Made by a program: the position numbers and the translations under genes. The notes beneath the pieces were generated by a model. That model saw only the letters and a program-made list of their open reading frames with translations, had not been told where the DNA came from and did not search any database. A stretch of DNA of 64,000 bases from Felis catus (lineage: Eukaryota): NCBI RefSeq assembly GCF_018350175.1, contig NC_058368.1, positions 167,030,001 to 167,094,000 of the forward strand, in the 5' to 3' direction. Positions 49,970 through 63,511 of this stretch are shown here, one piece after another (position 1 is the stretch's first letter; every line of letters starts with the position of its first letter).

Positions 49970-51430
49970 CAGTTTTTACTGGATACCTCTGTTTCCATCT
50001 ATAATAAGTAACATGGATCAGATTACCCTCCTGCAAAGGATTATACTAGCTAGATAAGAATTTAAAAATAGCAGTTTGAAGGCATTAGAGATGAATGTAG
50101 TCAGGACTTACAGAGCCAAGATCCTAGAGAGAAGGAAAATGTGTTGGGGTGAGCCCAAATTCACTGCAGTCTTTTCTCTTCAGGCATTTGTTGAATCAAG
50201 GCATAAGACATAGAAATCAAACAGGAAGTTGGTGGCATACTTACTTGCTAGAGAGACAAAAGTTGGGAGTTTTGGGGCTATCAAGGGAGCAATATTCAAT
50301 AAGTCAGTGTTCCAGGAAAAACTGAACTCTAGAGAAGTAAACCTGAACTTCTACATGCAATTTTTGCTCAGATCGCTTGCCAGATCCTAAGCTGTGAATC
50401 TTCAGAAAGAGTCAACAAACCAAGCCACATGTGGCTAATAAGAAGCTAAAAAGCTAAACAGAGATCTTGGCATTTTCACAAAGCTAAGGAGACAAAAACT
50501 CAAGTTCAGTGCAGTCAAGAAGGAGGGGCTCTTGTAATCAGCACAGGCTCTCCAAAGAGACCCTGAAGAGCTAAGCACTACCAATAAAAGGAAATCAGAA
50601 ATAGACAAGTCCCCAAACCCAGCTCCTCCTGAATCAGTGTGATACACCCATACTGTACATGCCTGCCAGAAAAAAAGTCAAGTACTCTGGAGGAAGAGTC
50701 ATTGAAGAGCCTTTATGATTTGTCCTAGACAATGTCTGTCAATCAGTTGAAAAAAAAAATCAGGAAGGCAGAAAAATAAGACCTGAGACGACTGAAAACC
50801 AAGAGAAAAAATAAGAAAAAATATAGTTATTGGAGTTATTAGATAAAAACTTTAAAACAACTAATGATTATACTCTAACAGAATAGACAAACAGATGGAG
50901 GGTTATCTGTATGAGGTAATCACATGGACATTCTAGAAATGAATCATACAGTAACTGAAATTAATTTGATAGGTTTAATAGCAGAAGACTATACATAGAA
51001 GTAGGGTTCCTAAACTGGAGGAGGGAGGGGTGAACAGAAAACATCCACATTGAAGTATACCAGGAAAAATATGAAAATACAGAAAAGTTCAAAGGGACAT
51101 ACATTACATAGAGAAAAACTTCAGCATGAATGATTTTGGTGACCAGAAGAAGAGAAAGAGGATGGATTAAATGAGATATTTGAAGAGATATTACTAACAA
51201 TTATTATTACAGAGGTAGTATCAAGCAGTAGATTAGAAATTCTGCTAACCACAAACAAATAAGATAAACCACCTCTAGGCAAATAATAGTAAAACTGATA
51301 AAACAGTAAAACCGTTTGAAAAACAAAGACAAACGAAAACTTATAAGCAGTTAGTGGAGGGCAATATCACCTTTAAAGCTAGAAACTATGGAAGACAGAA
51401 GATAGGAAAACTATATTTAAAGCCCACAGT
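49970..51430 (+). mobile_element. ancient L1/HAL1 5' region and ORF1 remnant
   Basis: A-rich strand with degenerate ORF1-like segments (ttggagttattagataaaaacttt; aataatagtaaaactgataaaa). Confidence 0.5.
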
Positions 51431-51567
51431 GGTAGGCTGTGTGGGAGAGGTGAAAAGACAACAGTAAGGAGTTTACTGGGATTATGAATTGGAAATCATT
51501 TGGTATTTTTCAAGGGAGTCCAGTAACACCTGGAGCTAAATCTCTCATTTAAATATACATCTTATGT

Positions 51568-51769
51568 GAGAGTGCCTGGGTGACTCAGTTGGTGAGGCGT
51601 CCAACTTCAGCTCTGGTCATGATCTCATGATTCTGTGAGTTTGAGCCCCGCAGCAGGCTCTGTGCTGACAGCTCAGGGCCTGGAGCCTGCTTCTAATTCT
51701 TTGTCTCCCTCTCTGCCCCTCCCCTGCTCATGTTCTCTGTCTCAAAAATAAATAAACATTAAAAAAAAG
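51568..51769 (+). mobile_element. CAN-SINE
   Basis: TSD atttaaatRtacatctYat. Confidence 0.95.
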
Positions 51770-52302
51770 ATTTAAATGTACATCTCATCTGTTTTTGTTC
51801 CATTTCCCTTCTTTTCTTTCCTCCTCTTTGTTTAATCAAGTTTCTCCCCCCCCCCATTCTATTTTACCCTATTAGAATTCTTTTATTATTTTAGTCGTTA
51901 CCACTGAGTTTACCCCAGACATCCTTGAACTATTAGAATCTACTTTAAGTAATATATATATATATTTTTTACTTTGTGGACATGTAGAGGACCCAGGACA
52001 ATTTAAATCCGTTTATTACTACTCCCACCTTTGGCCTTTTGTGATATTGTCCTCAAATATTTTAATTATCTCTGTAATTTAAACTACATACAGTAGTGTT
52101 ATTATTTTAAAGTCAAGGCTTCATTTAGATTTACTTACACATTTACCCTTTCTGATGATCTTCTTTCTTTCCTGTATTACCTGTGCTTCAATCTGCTTTT
52201 ATCCTGAAGAGTTCCCTTTAGTATCTCTTTCAGTCAGGTCTCCTACAGTGAATTTTCTTAGCTTTAGTTTGTCAGAAAATGACTTCAATTCATCTTTCTT
52301 TC

Positions 52303-53102
52303 CTTTTATAATTTTTTTAATAAACCCACTTAATGGAGAAATAATAACTGATGTGTAAAAAGCTTTTCATATTTAATGTGTTCAATTCAATGAATCTGGG
52401 AATAAATTATACCCATCATACTGTCACCATCATCAAAGCCATAAACCCATCTATTACCTCCCAAATTTTTCTCCCATACCCTTTATTATAATAATGTTTT
52501 TGTGGTAAACACATTTAACATTAGATCTACCTTCATAGCAGTTTTTAGTATATTATACAGTAGTGTCAGCTATAGGCACTGTGCCATATTGTACATCTCC
52601 GGAACGTATTTATTTTGTATAAATGAAACTTTGTACCATTTGACCATCACCTCCTTTTTTCCTCTTCCACCACCTCCTGGCAACCACCACTCTACTCTGC
52701 TTCTATGACTTTGACTGTTTTAGATTCCACATAAAAGTGAAATCATACAGTGTATGTCTTTCTGTGTCTGACTTATCTCACTTAGTATAATGTTCTCCAG
52801 ACCCATCCATACTGGTGAAAATGACAGGATTTCTTTCTTTCTTTACATTGTATGTATATAACACATTTTCTTTATTCCTTTATCAATCAATGGGCATTTG
52901 TTTCCATATGTTGGCTATAGTGAATAATGCCACAATGAAAACAGGAGTGTGGTACCTCTTCAAGATTCTGATTTCAGTTCTTTAGAATAAATACTCAGAA
53001 GTGGAATTGCTGGGTCATACAGATGTCCCGTATTTAATTTTTGCAGAGTCTCCACACTGTTTTCGGTAATGGCTGTACATTCCCACTGAGAGTGTATGAG
53101 GG
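52303..53102 (-). mobile_element. L1MA-type 3' end inserted in an older L1
   Basis: ctggcaaccacc, ttttagattccacata, agaagtggaattgctgggtcata; TSD ttcatctttMtttc. Confidence 0.88.
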
Positions 53103-53834
53103 TTCATCTTTATTTCTGAAAGTCAGGTCCTCTGAGTAAAAATTTCTAAGTTTCTAAGTTGGTCATTATTCTTCTTTTAAAGTGTCCCTCCCTCTCCCTT
53201 TGACCTCTCCCAAACAGTCCACCACTGTGCTGGGACTCTTCCCACTCTCCAACTTCCAGACCATCTCTTTAACAACTTCACCTTTTGAGGTCATGAATTA
53301 GGAACAGAAGTTAAATAATATATGAACAGATACAATAAAACAGAACTACCATGTTAGAAGTACAGAAGAAAAAGGAAAACAAAACATTCACAACTGCACC
53401 CCCTTTAGGCCCCCTCCCTTCATGATAAAGATAAATATTGCATTCTTGTTTCTTTTACTTTAGGGAAAGATACCTGCCCCCTGCCTGCACTCAGATTCTG
53501 GTCAACAAAGGACAGCTCTCAATCTGAACCAGCATATAAGAATCTTCCCTCCTTGGCAAGAAGGTAGAGAGGCTACAAACATTTATAATTTAATATTTTA
53601 TACCTGTCCTATTTATGTAACCTCTTTCTCGTTTCTATTCCCCAAAGTCCACTTCTTTATTCCCAGTGTCATTAAGCAGTATAAGCATCAGGCTGTAGCA
53701 AATTCATTGAGTTTTACAATTGAAAAAAGAGAGGGAGCTGCCCTTCATCCACGTTTTAAAAAAAAAAAGTGAAAAAAGTAACTAGAAAGTTCTATAAAGT
53801 CATTTTTATGTTCTCTGAACTGTTACCTCCAGGA

Positions 53835-54015
53835 AACATGACTCTGAGCTTTGCCAGCTGACTAACTGTGTGAACTTGGACAAAATGACCCCACCTTCTG
53901 AACCTCACTTTCTTCATCTGTAAAATGGAGACAATAAAACAATTAGGGCGAGGATTAGAAAAGAAGCTCTGCAGGATACTGGGTAGATTTTACTATGTGT
54001 TCAGTAAATGTTAGC
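53835..54015 (+). mobile_element. MIR
   Basis: core tctgaacctcactttcttcatctgtaaaatggag. Confidence 0.8.
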
Positions 54016-56924
54016 TCTTCTTCCTCTGCGTAGGTTGGTCAGTGTTTATTTTCATAACTGAACTAACTGGATATGATTTTTTTTTTAATTCGTTTCTGAG
54101 GTCCAGACTAGTAAAGCTCACACGATCCTCTGCTTCTCCTCCATCTGTCTGCCAACTGACATTCTTTGTTGCTAATCTAAGACCAAGCCATATGTTCTCC
54201 GTATGGGAGACTCTTTCCTGCCCAGGTGGGGAAGCAGACACAATGATCTAATAAGTCTTTGCTGTCTCACTAGGGCAAGACTTGGGAAAACTTCCAAACA
54301 TTGAGAGGTTCTGATGAGACACCACAAGCTTGGGTGACTATGTTGTTCATCAAAAAACTTTTTTTTACTTTCTTTTTTCCTCCCAAGATCCCCAAACCAT
54401 GTTTCAATCCTGTCATTACCTGTTTCCTTGTCTCTGTTTAGTCTAGCAGACAGATCGAGGTTCTAAAAAAGATTTCAACATAGGATGTCTGTGTGGTGTC
54501 AAGGACGGTATAGATGAAAAGTGTATATTAAGAGCTGGAGGACTGAGTTAAGAGTCAGGCTCTGATCTACAAATCCCAAACCTGCAGCATCCCAGCCAAA
54601 GGAAATATGCCACTTTGAAAGGGATGTGAAAGGTAGTCATAGAGACAGTGCTACTGGGGGGTTAGAGTTTAATGTCACCATACTTGACCAGAACTAAAAT
54701 GTATAAGCAGAAGTTAAAAAAAGAAAAAAGAGAAAAATACCACAGTAGTGGAAAGTGCAGAAGGATATGCAGACAGAAAACAAAATTAGATTCAGAATTG
54801 CATAAAAAAGGGGAAAATAACAAACTGAGAAATAAATATTTACCTTTTAATAATGCTCTTATTCACTGGATCATAAACAGTGTAACCCCAGAATGTTAAC
54901 ACGGTGGCAGATTAGAAGAAAAATCTCTGAGATATCTTTGCTATTTTACCAGTTATATAAAGCAAAATGAGGCTTTTACTTTCCACTTTCTTAATATTAC
55001 TTTCAGTTTTTAAAATATTGAAAACTCTTGTTTAATTCCATGAGGTTAATTTAACTGATATCTAAATTCAGCAAAATTGGGGACATATTAAGTGGTGGGA
55101 GACATTAATTTCAGAATCAATATAGGTGTGAGTAAATTGGCTCCTTATTCTACCCAATTGCCTTCTACTTCCCAAATTTTTAACATAATTCGCATTGTTG
55201 TAGCCCACACTTATGACCTAGGTAAACTCCTTAAAATCTCCGAGCCTCAATTTCCACATCCACAACATAGCAATTAAAATCGCTGCCAGCTAATTGTCTC
55301 ATAGGGAGTGTAATAGTAAAGGCATTTTAACAAAGTGTTTTACCTGTTCTGAGGAATTACACGGAGACGTTCATTATCATGTGGAACAAGCAGGGATTTA
55401 TATATTCATTTAATTGGACCCCTGCAAAGGGTGTGACAGGCCTGACCTAAAACCATGTGACCTGACTAGGGATATGCATCATGGTTTGGATCTGTGTGCT
55501 CTATGCTAACTGAACTGATCAGTATACTGTCAGTAATTGCATTGCTCGAGAAGCCATTTCTTCAGAAAGGGCTGAAAATCAGGGTCAGTTTCTCAGGGGG
55601 AAGATGCATTAGCTCACCAAAAACTTTACATTTGTGCATGCGCGAACCTGTCTAAGGAAGCTTCCCATCATTATCCCTAGCTCTTTCCACCATACGCTAC
55701 CTTGCAGTTTGCTACCACTTCAAAGGAATATACAATTAACAAGAGTACATAATTAATGTTTATACCATATCCAGCACATCTTGACGCTTCTCACAGGTAG
55801 AGACAGGCAGTACACATTCAAAACTTGCCGTGCATCTAGGAAGTGTGCCACAGATCTTAATATTTTTCATTTACACATCTCTGAAAAGAAAGTTCAACAG
55901 AAAGGTGTCGGCAGCATGTTCAGCAACTTATGCCTCTGAATTTATCTGAGGCTCTGTTTTTTAAGCATTCATATAACTGCTCACCAATGTGGTAATAAAA
56001 ATTACTTCTACATTAGGTAGGGAGCTCAGTGTATTTACCATGTGCATGAACTTGCTTAGTTCTACCCACCAGGTCTCTACAAGGATAAAAAAAAATAAGG
56101 AGAGAGATTTGATATTATATTAAAGTACTTCATTTCTTTCCCAAATTAGTTCTCCTTCTGGAAGATAATGCTGGATAGTTATCCATGTAATACTTTCATT
56201 ATAACAGAATGGAGAAGAATTGCATTAGCCTCAAAAGAGATATGAACTGGAAAGGTCATTTTTGTGATAATGGAATTCATCAAGGAGACCGAACAGACAC
56301 TAGGAAAGATTCACAAAAGATGTCATTTTACCCCTCTGTCTGAATTTTTTTTTCTGATTATCAAAAGACTTTAGTTCTTTACAAAAAGTATATTTTTTAA
56401 TTCACCTGGAACCATGCTTTTAGTTTATCATTGGACTCACTAAAAAGACATTAGGCATTTGGGTCTTACTGTGAATTACGGGTCATCAAGAGGACCTGAA
56501 TATTTAACATTTAGCAGAGAGGGTTCTCCATCATGTTTGATTTCTAACCATTTATATTCCAAAAATAGCTTTTCTCTTCCAGACATGAAAGTAGCACTTT
56601 GTGGGGATGTCTCAGTCTCTAGGGCTCTAAATTTACCTCAGATCTTTCAGGTTCTACATTTAAGATAACTCTTAAACTTGGAGGCCTGTGTCTCACTTTC
56701 AACTTAGGGAATTTCAAATATTATCAAAAGCAACTTAAGTATGTCTTGAAGAGCTTTCATGGGGCTCTTGCAAATTAAATATCAGAAATATGGGTTTTCA
56801 TAGTTGTTGGCAAAGCTCAATGAAGTTTTACTAAAGACTAAACAATTTACACATATTTGAGTTAGATTCTTCATTCTTCTCGTCACGTTTCCAGCCCACA
56901 AACTCCCTCGGTTCCTCCCTCTGT

Positions 56925-57105
56925 TGGACCTTACTAGCTGTGTAACCTTGAGGAAAAGTTTAACTTCCTCTATTCTGGGTGTTTCCATCTCTAACATGAC
57001 TAGGATATTTTCTGCTGTATCATAGGAAGTTGAGGAAAATTACATGACATTATTGATGTGAAACTTAATGGTGAAGTGTAAATTGTTGCTTATAATATGC
57101 TATTC
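56925..57105 (+). mobile_element. MIR
   Basis: cttactagctgtgtaaccttgagg...tttaacttc core. Confidence 0.75.
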
Positions 57106-57874
57106 TACTTATTTTATTACCTTATTTTTCTCTTTTCTTCTTTTGAGATCAGAACCCCATCCACCCCATCCAAAAACCCTTTACATTTTAGTAAATCAAA
57201 CTACGAGACCTACATCCTTCCCACTCTCATGTCCTCAAGTCAAAGGAAAATTCCTCTTTGGGAAAAAAATTCTGTAGAGATTTGCTGCTGTGGACAGGAT
57301 AGACCTGTGAGGCCCTACAACTGCCAGCCTGATGTAGAAACCCTGTAATGTTAAAGCAGTGCCAGCAATACCTACAGACCGAGTTAGGGTAGCTTCACTT
57401 AGGGAAGTGAGGGGAAAAGAGAGATGCTGCTGAATGCAGACCTCTGTCAGTTGTCCACTTCTCAGTCATCATTACCTCCCAAGTATAGACACAATCTCAG
57501 TGCAACATTCGAGAAATGCCCAGCATGCTTCACGGGAGAACGCTGCCCCGCCATCATTGTTTGCTTCCCTGTACTTAGCATCATTTGGTGTGGGCTGCTT
57601 TCTGCCCACCAACCAATATAATAGACTGAGCTTCTTATTTTCCCGAGTTTCATTAGGAAGCCATTTATTTACAACCTCAAAATCATTTGCCCAGAGTAAC
57701 AGCAGAGTAAGTAATGTTTTGGGCTCCACACAAGCCTAAAAAGTAAATGTTTACCTGCAAGACTAGACATAAGATGAATATTAGAGAAAATAGTCCAGGC
57801 AGTTAACACAAATTTGGATAAAACAAAAAGAAATTAACTGTATCGTGGATCTTGAAGGAATGAGGTTTATTTAA

Positions 57875-58109
57875 TTTTTTTTATTTAATTTTTTTTAACG
57901 TTTTATTTATTTTTGGGACAGAGAGCATTTATTTTTGGGACAGAGCATGAACGGGGGAGGGGCAGAGAGAGGGGGAGACACACAATCGGAAACAGGCTCC
58001 AGGCTCCGAGCCATCAGCCCAGAGCCTGACGCGGGGCTCGAACCCACGGACCGCGAGATCGTGACCTGGCTGAAGTCGGACACTTAACCGACTGAGCCAC
58101 CCAGGTGCT
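57875..58109 (-). mobile_element. young SINEC_Fc with internal duplication
   Basis: flanking repeat gaatgaggtttatttaa; atttatttttgggacagag twice. Confidence 0.96.
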
Positions 58110-58138
58110 GAATGAGGTTTATTTAAAGAAGAGAGGCT

Positions 58139-58363
58139 GGGGCGCCTGGGTGGCTTGGTTGGTTAAGCGTGCGACTTCGGCTCAGGTCATGATCTCACGG
58201 TCTGTGAGTTCGAGCCCCGCTTCGGACTCTGTGCTGATAGCTCAGAGCCTGGAGCCTGTTTCAGATTCTGTGTGTCCCTCTCTCTCTCTGACCCTCCTTG
58301 TTCATGCTCTGTCTCTCTCTGTCTCAAAAATAAATAAACGTTAAAAAAAAATTTTTTTTAAAT
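58139..58363 (+). mobile_element. CAN-SINE, head-to-head with the previous one
   Basis: TSD aaagaRgagaggc. Confidence 0.96.
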
Positions 58364-59876
58364 AAAGAGGAGAGGCAGGTTTTTTTTTGTTTTTTTTTTT
58401 TTTTTTGTTTTTTTTTTTAAGTTCTGAGAGAAATTTCAAGATAGTTTTCAGGGCTTTCGAGGATTTGTTAATCAATTCTAATTTTTTTTTTTTTTTTTTA
58501 ATGAAAGGTCCACATTCCCTTGATGGTGGTGTGCCCACTCACTTTTACTTTTGATTAGAGTCATTTGGGAGGGCTCATGATTGAGACACACAGGAAAGAG
58601 AAGAGGGGAAAGCAGAGACTATGGAAGGACAGAGGCAAACATTGCAAGACAAGGGAAAAGATGAGTTAAAATGAATATTTGGTTGTATAAGGTGAAAAAA
58701 ATGTCTAAGTAGGTTGACTGTGATCTGAAATGGACAAAAAGAAAAATATACCAAAATAACTCCAAATACTACAAAATAACTGTGAACTAGCAAAGATTGA
58801 TTCAAATCATTCCAAGCACCAGCTATAAGAAAACAGTATCTGCTAAAGAAAATTTCTTTTGGAGGTCAGAAGCATGCTGAGGACGAGTGGGTTGGTATTT
58901 GAAGGGCAGAGGAGAAGGGCTCTACCACACACCCAACTGCAAGTATAACATGTTTGCAAATCAGGAGTGGGGAGTACCTGTACTTTAAGGAATAATGTCT
59001 ATGCAGGAAACTTTAAAAGCCAATTGAGTGCCCATAAATATATGTATATTAAAGTGAGTGTTGAAAAAATGGGATGCTCCCACACATTTTAAAAACATTT
59101 TACATGAAGGAAAAGTATGCAGAAAAAGCTCAGTAGGAAAATGTGCATGTGTATTAACCTTTAGGCCAATAACAGCATCTGGCATTGTGGGTTGTCATGA
59201 AATGTCTTGATGTATTTCAGTAGTTAATAAAAAGATATTACCATGTGATAATTGATGGTTTTATACCACTTTCTGACTAGTCTACAAGTTGCTGAAACAG
59301 CAAATCATTTTATGAGCATTCACAAGCAAGCATTAGAAAAAAACTTTTCAGTATTGAGATTTTTAAGAGTAGATATAGACCAGCCTGCATACCTCCAAGG
59401 CTTGACATGGTTTCCCATCAAGATGGCTGCACAGCCAAAACAGCATGAGGCCACTATGCATTAGGGAATGCCACAGGGAAAGCAGGGCCCACTCACAAGC
59501 AGAAACAAGATGCTGGTGTGACATCAGTCAACCCACAGTAGTAGTAGCAGAAACATCATTTTAATGTCATGACATTATTGTCCCCTATTGTCTGTAAGTC
59601 ATTTCATTTATATTTTTTCACAAGGTTGATATTTAAAAAGTTGGCATAACATTAGTCAAATATTAGAGTAGTAAAAAGCAGTCATTGAGACTCATTCTCC
59701 GAATATTACTAAATATCAACAAAATCTGTAATCCAATGTAGCTAACAACTTATGTTCACTAAGTTGCACTGTTGCTATTTTGCAAGCACATTTTGTATTG
59801 TCATTATGAATTAACATTCTGACTGATAAGATTTTAAAAGATACACAAAACCCATCACAGGACAGGTTGAAGCCTA

Positions 59877-60069
59877 CTTTTTATTTTTGTTTTTATTTTT
59901 TTATTTTAGATAGTGAGAGAGTGGGGAAGGGGTAGAGAGAGAGGGAGGGAGAATCTTAAGCAGGCTCTGTGCTGAGCTCAACACAGGGCTCGTCTCATGA
60001 CTCTGAGATCATGACCTGAGCCTACATCAAGAGTCCAGTGCTTACCCTACTCAGCTACTAAAGCTCCCC
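59877..60069 (-). mobile_element. older CAN-SINE
   Basis: degenerate head, body and T tail. Confidence 0.9.
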
Positions 60070-60074
60070 AAATT

Positions 60075-60280
60075 ATTTTATTTTTTAATCTTTATTTTTG
60101 AGAGAGAGACACAGTGTGAGCAGGGGAGGAGCAGAGAGAGAGGGAGACACAGAATTCGTAGAAGGCTCGAGGCCCTGAGCTGTCAGCACAGAGCCCAATG
60201 CGGAGCTCGAACTTACGAACCATGAGATCATGACCTGAGCCGAAGTCAGATGATCAACCAACTGAGCCACCCAGGTGCCC
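60075..60280 (-). mobile_element. CAN-SINE
   Basis: full element in tandem with the previous one. Confidence 0.94.
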
Positions 60281-62943
60281 TGGAACCCCAAGTTACCTGG
60301 CCCCACAAGCAAACATAATTATTATTATTACAAATAACAAATTAACTTGTTATTGTGCTCTTAGGAAATCTTATGCTGTAGGGGGAAGAAAAGCTTATGG
60401 CAAAGTAATAAGAATTATTATTACTGCTACCATTAATACAAATTAATATTCAACTTATAATCATAAAAAATTATAATTTTTTGGTTTCTCCTATTGGCCA
60501 CACTTTGGACCTTCTCCTTTAATGTTCTTGTTTCTTAGAACCGTCCCATGTGTAAGGTGTCAGCACATTCTTATATAAATGAGGGAACCAGAATGTGAAG
60601 ACAGCAGGTAACTAGCCCAATGTTACTTGTCAAGGTGGAGTTCCAGATCTATATCTGCCTGATGTAGCATAACATGTAGCATAACATGTAGCTCAAGCTA
60701 CAAAGCTTGAGCTTTTCTTTCATGCTGTAGACATGTATAGATAGGATTGCCTTTGGGGGTTAACGTACTTAGCTCATAAAAACTAGAAAAGTAGGAAACC
60801 AAATTATTTGTTTATTCTGACTACAAAGATAATCAGTTTTAAGCAAACAGAGGGCAGTGTCCATATAAGCTAAGCAGACACAGGTTGGCGTAACTGCTGC
60901 TTCTGCTCAGTGAACTTGTGTCTCTGGTGCTGCCACGTTTACCTCAGATTAAGGGGAAGAGTCTTATCATTCTCAGAACATGCGGTCCAGTGGAGCTAGA
61001 AAGATCAGGTTATAAATCCTGCCACTTTTCAACTGGGTATCTAGAAACACATTAACATATCTGAATTTCAATGTTCTCGTCAAAGTACAAAGAAAACTAG
61101 CACAACCTTTCATGGTTGTCATAATTAGGGACGTATAGGAAGAGTGCCTCAACGGTGGTTGGGACAAATTAGGAAAATAATAAACTTGGGCTTCTGTTAT
61201 TCTTTCTAAGGCTGTAACTCTTGTTGAGGCTGAGCCAAGGACTGAGGTATGGCCTGAGCTTGGAATGCCACATGGTGTGGAAAGTACTCTTTGTTAGATC
61301 TTAGAAAGAAAAGAAAAAAAAAGGATTTATCCACATTTACTTGATAATTTCCTTCAAATTCATCATTTTCAAATAGGGTTAACAGTTACATAACCCTACC
61401 AAAGTCATTGGATACTCTTGGTTTTATTCTCAGAATGGGTTTAGCCTCAAGGTTTATCCCACAACCAAGCCAATTTGGAAAAGGAGAACCAAGTATATAT
61501 CATTAAGAATCAAGGTAATGAAAGAAAATCCATCTCTGTATAGAAAGCCTGTGTCATATTTAAAAGAGATGAGGATCTCTTGGTGAAGCCAATGTCTGGG
61601 TGAGCAGGCATGAGTGACAGATACTTCATGGAGTGACTAAGACATTGTTATTAATTGTAGTGAATGGAATTCTGGTCTCAGGTCTGCCTTCACTGCAGGC
61701 TCCTGAGAAACCTCTGAGCACCGTAGCTTTCTTCCATTTTAAGAAAGAATTGGGAGACTGCTTCCCGAACTTTGTGTATAGCTTCTTCAGACCATTCTCA
61801 TTTTACAATTTCTGCTTTTTAAAAAATGCAGAAATTTCAAGTAAGTTAAGCTAAAATAAAGACAGTAAGCCCTGCCCTGTTTCCTGAGTAGTTTGTTCTG
61901 GAGAGAAAGGGGGGAATGTGTGCACAAACCCTCGGAAAAGTTAAAAGATGTATTAGTATCTAAAAGTTTGTTTCTATTAAGAAGGAAAATGATCTTGAGT
62001 CATAGAAGGAAGGTTTCAAGATAGATTTTTTTAAATGATGCTGAAATATGCTTTGAGGAAAAGGATGTGGGAATTTCTAAAAAGAAAATTATTGAAAGCT
62101 ATCTCTTGGTGTGGTTTAAGTGCTAGCCGAAGACAAGTTGAACTGTAGGACTTCCTGAAATTCCTCTGAGTCTAGAGTCTTTGAAATTTAACCTGGAGCT
62201 TTCAGACCACACAGTTCTTTTCATTTGTTGATTTACTCAAAAAACATTTGCTGTGCATCTACTATATGCTTGGTCCGGTGAGAAGCACTGGGGTACCCAG
62301 TGATCAGCACAATGCAGTAAGACAAGACCCCTGACCTGTAGTGCTCCTGTAGAGATTAAGATTGCTTCAAAGACAGACTGCAGAGGAGATGTGAAGGAGG
62401 TGCAGCGTCTTCCCCATGTTTGCACCTGTGTGTGCCCCAGCTCCTTCCTCACAGCCTTGCCTTTCTCAGCGTAGTCTCTGGCTCTGGTCTGGCCTGTCTG
62501 GCAAAGTGCTTTGCCGCAATCTCTTGTACTTTCCATGCCCGCTTCCCTGATGTAAGGTCTTAGATAGAAGGACATAGAGTCTTATTAAGTGCATGCTTAA
62601 CAAATATGTAATTTCTAACCACTCCATCGGAGGGGAGGGGATTATACTTTAAAAGATGACATTTACTACTACAAATTAAGAATTCTTAATGTTAACGTAT
62701 AGAAAATAAGGCAAAACCGAGAAAAAATACTTAGTCCAGATGTGGGAGATAGTTGATGAGAGATACAATCCTTGGTACTCTTTAAATCACACCACTATAA
62801 AGTTTGATCTTACAGGGCCAGCCTTTTGTCTGTTGCCCTTTCTCCTCAGTGTGCCAAAACTAAGTGCCAAATGTGGAAGCTCCATAGATCATCTAAGTGT
62901 GGCATACAGTCCTCTACATCGTGCTGAGTAGATGTCATTTTTT

Positions 62944-63162
62944 TTTTTAATTTTTTTTTCAACGTTTATTTATTTTTGGGACAGAGAGAGACAGAGCATG
63001 AACGGGGAAGGGGCAGAGAGAGAGGGAGACACAGAATCGGAAACAGGCTCCAGGCTCTGAGCCATCAGCCCAGAGCCCGACGCGGGGCTCGAACTCCCGG
63101 ACCGCGAGATCGTGACCTGGCTGAAGTCGGAAGCTTAACCGACTGCGCCACCCAGGCGCCCC
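62944..63162 (-). mobile_element. very young SINEC_Fc
   Basis: CpGs largely intact; perfect 15-bp TSD tagatgtcatttttt. Confidence 0.97.
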
Positions 63163-63470
63163 TAGATGTCATTTTTTAACACCATGAGTTTCTGTTTCAG
63201 TGTAAGCATTTGACTTCTTTTGGGGATCCTAAAAATGTATTCTTCCATGATTTAAGCTGAAATTATCTCAGGGGAAACAAAGTATATGGAACAAAAAAAG
63301 GTGTTGTTGAAATTCTGTTAGCCCTTGCCTCTTCAACTACCACCCAATTCAAACTAGATATAGACATCTCCTGGGTCTATAGCATTTGAATGGCACGTTA
63401 AAAACACAATCAGACATGTGGATGTTTCCAAGTATCTAAGTGTTTGGCATTATGTAGACAAATGATGGCC

Positions 63471-63511
63471 TGTTTTGTTTTGTTTTGTTTTGTTTTGTTT
63501 TGTTTTGTTTT
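63471..63511 (+). repeat. (GTTTT)8 microsatellite
   Basis: directly visible. Confidence 0.95.

Noticed and set aside
387..63179. Many 60-100 aa ORFs with 'AQVMIS..SSSP.SGSVLTAQSL' motifs as a gene family
   Set aside because: They are translations of CAN-SINE copies.
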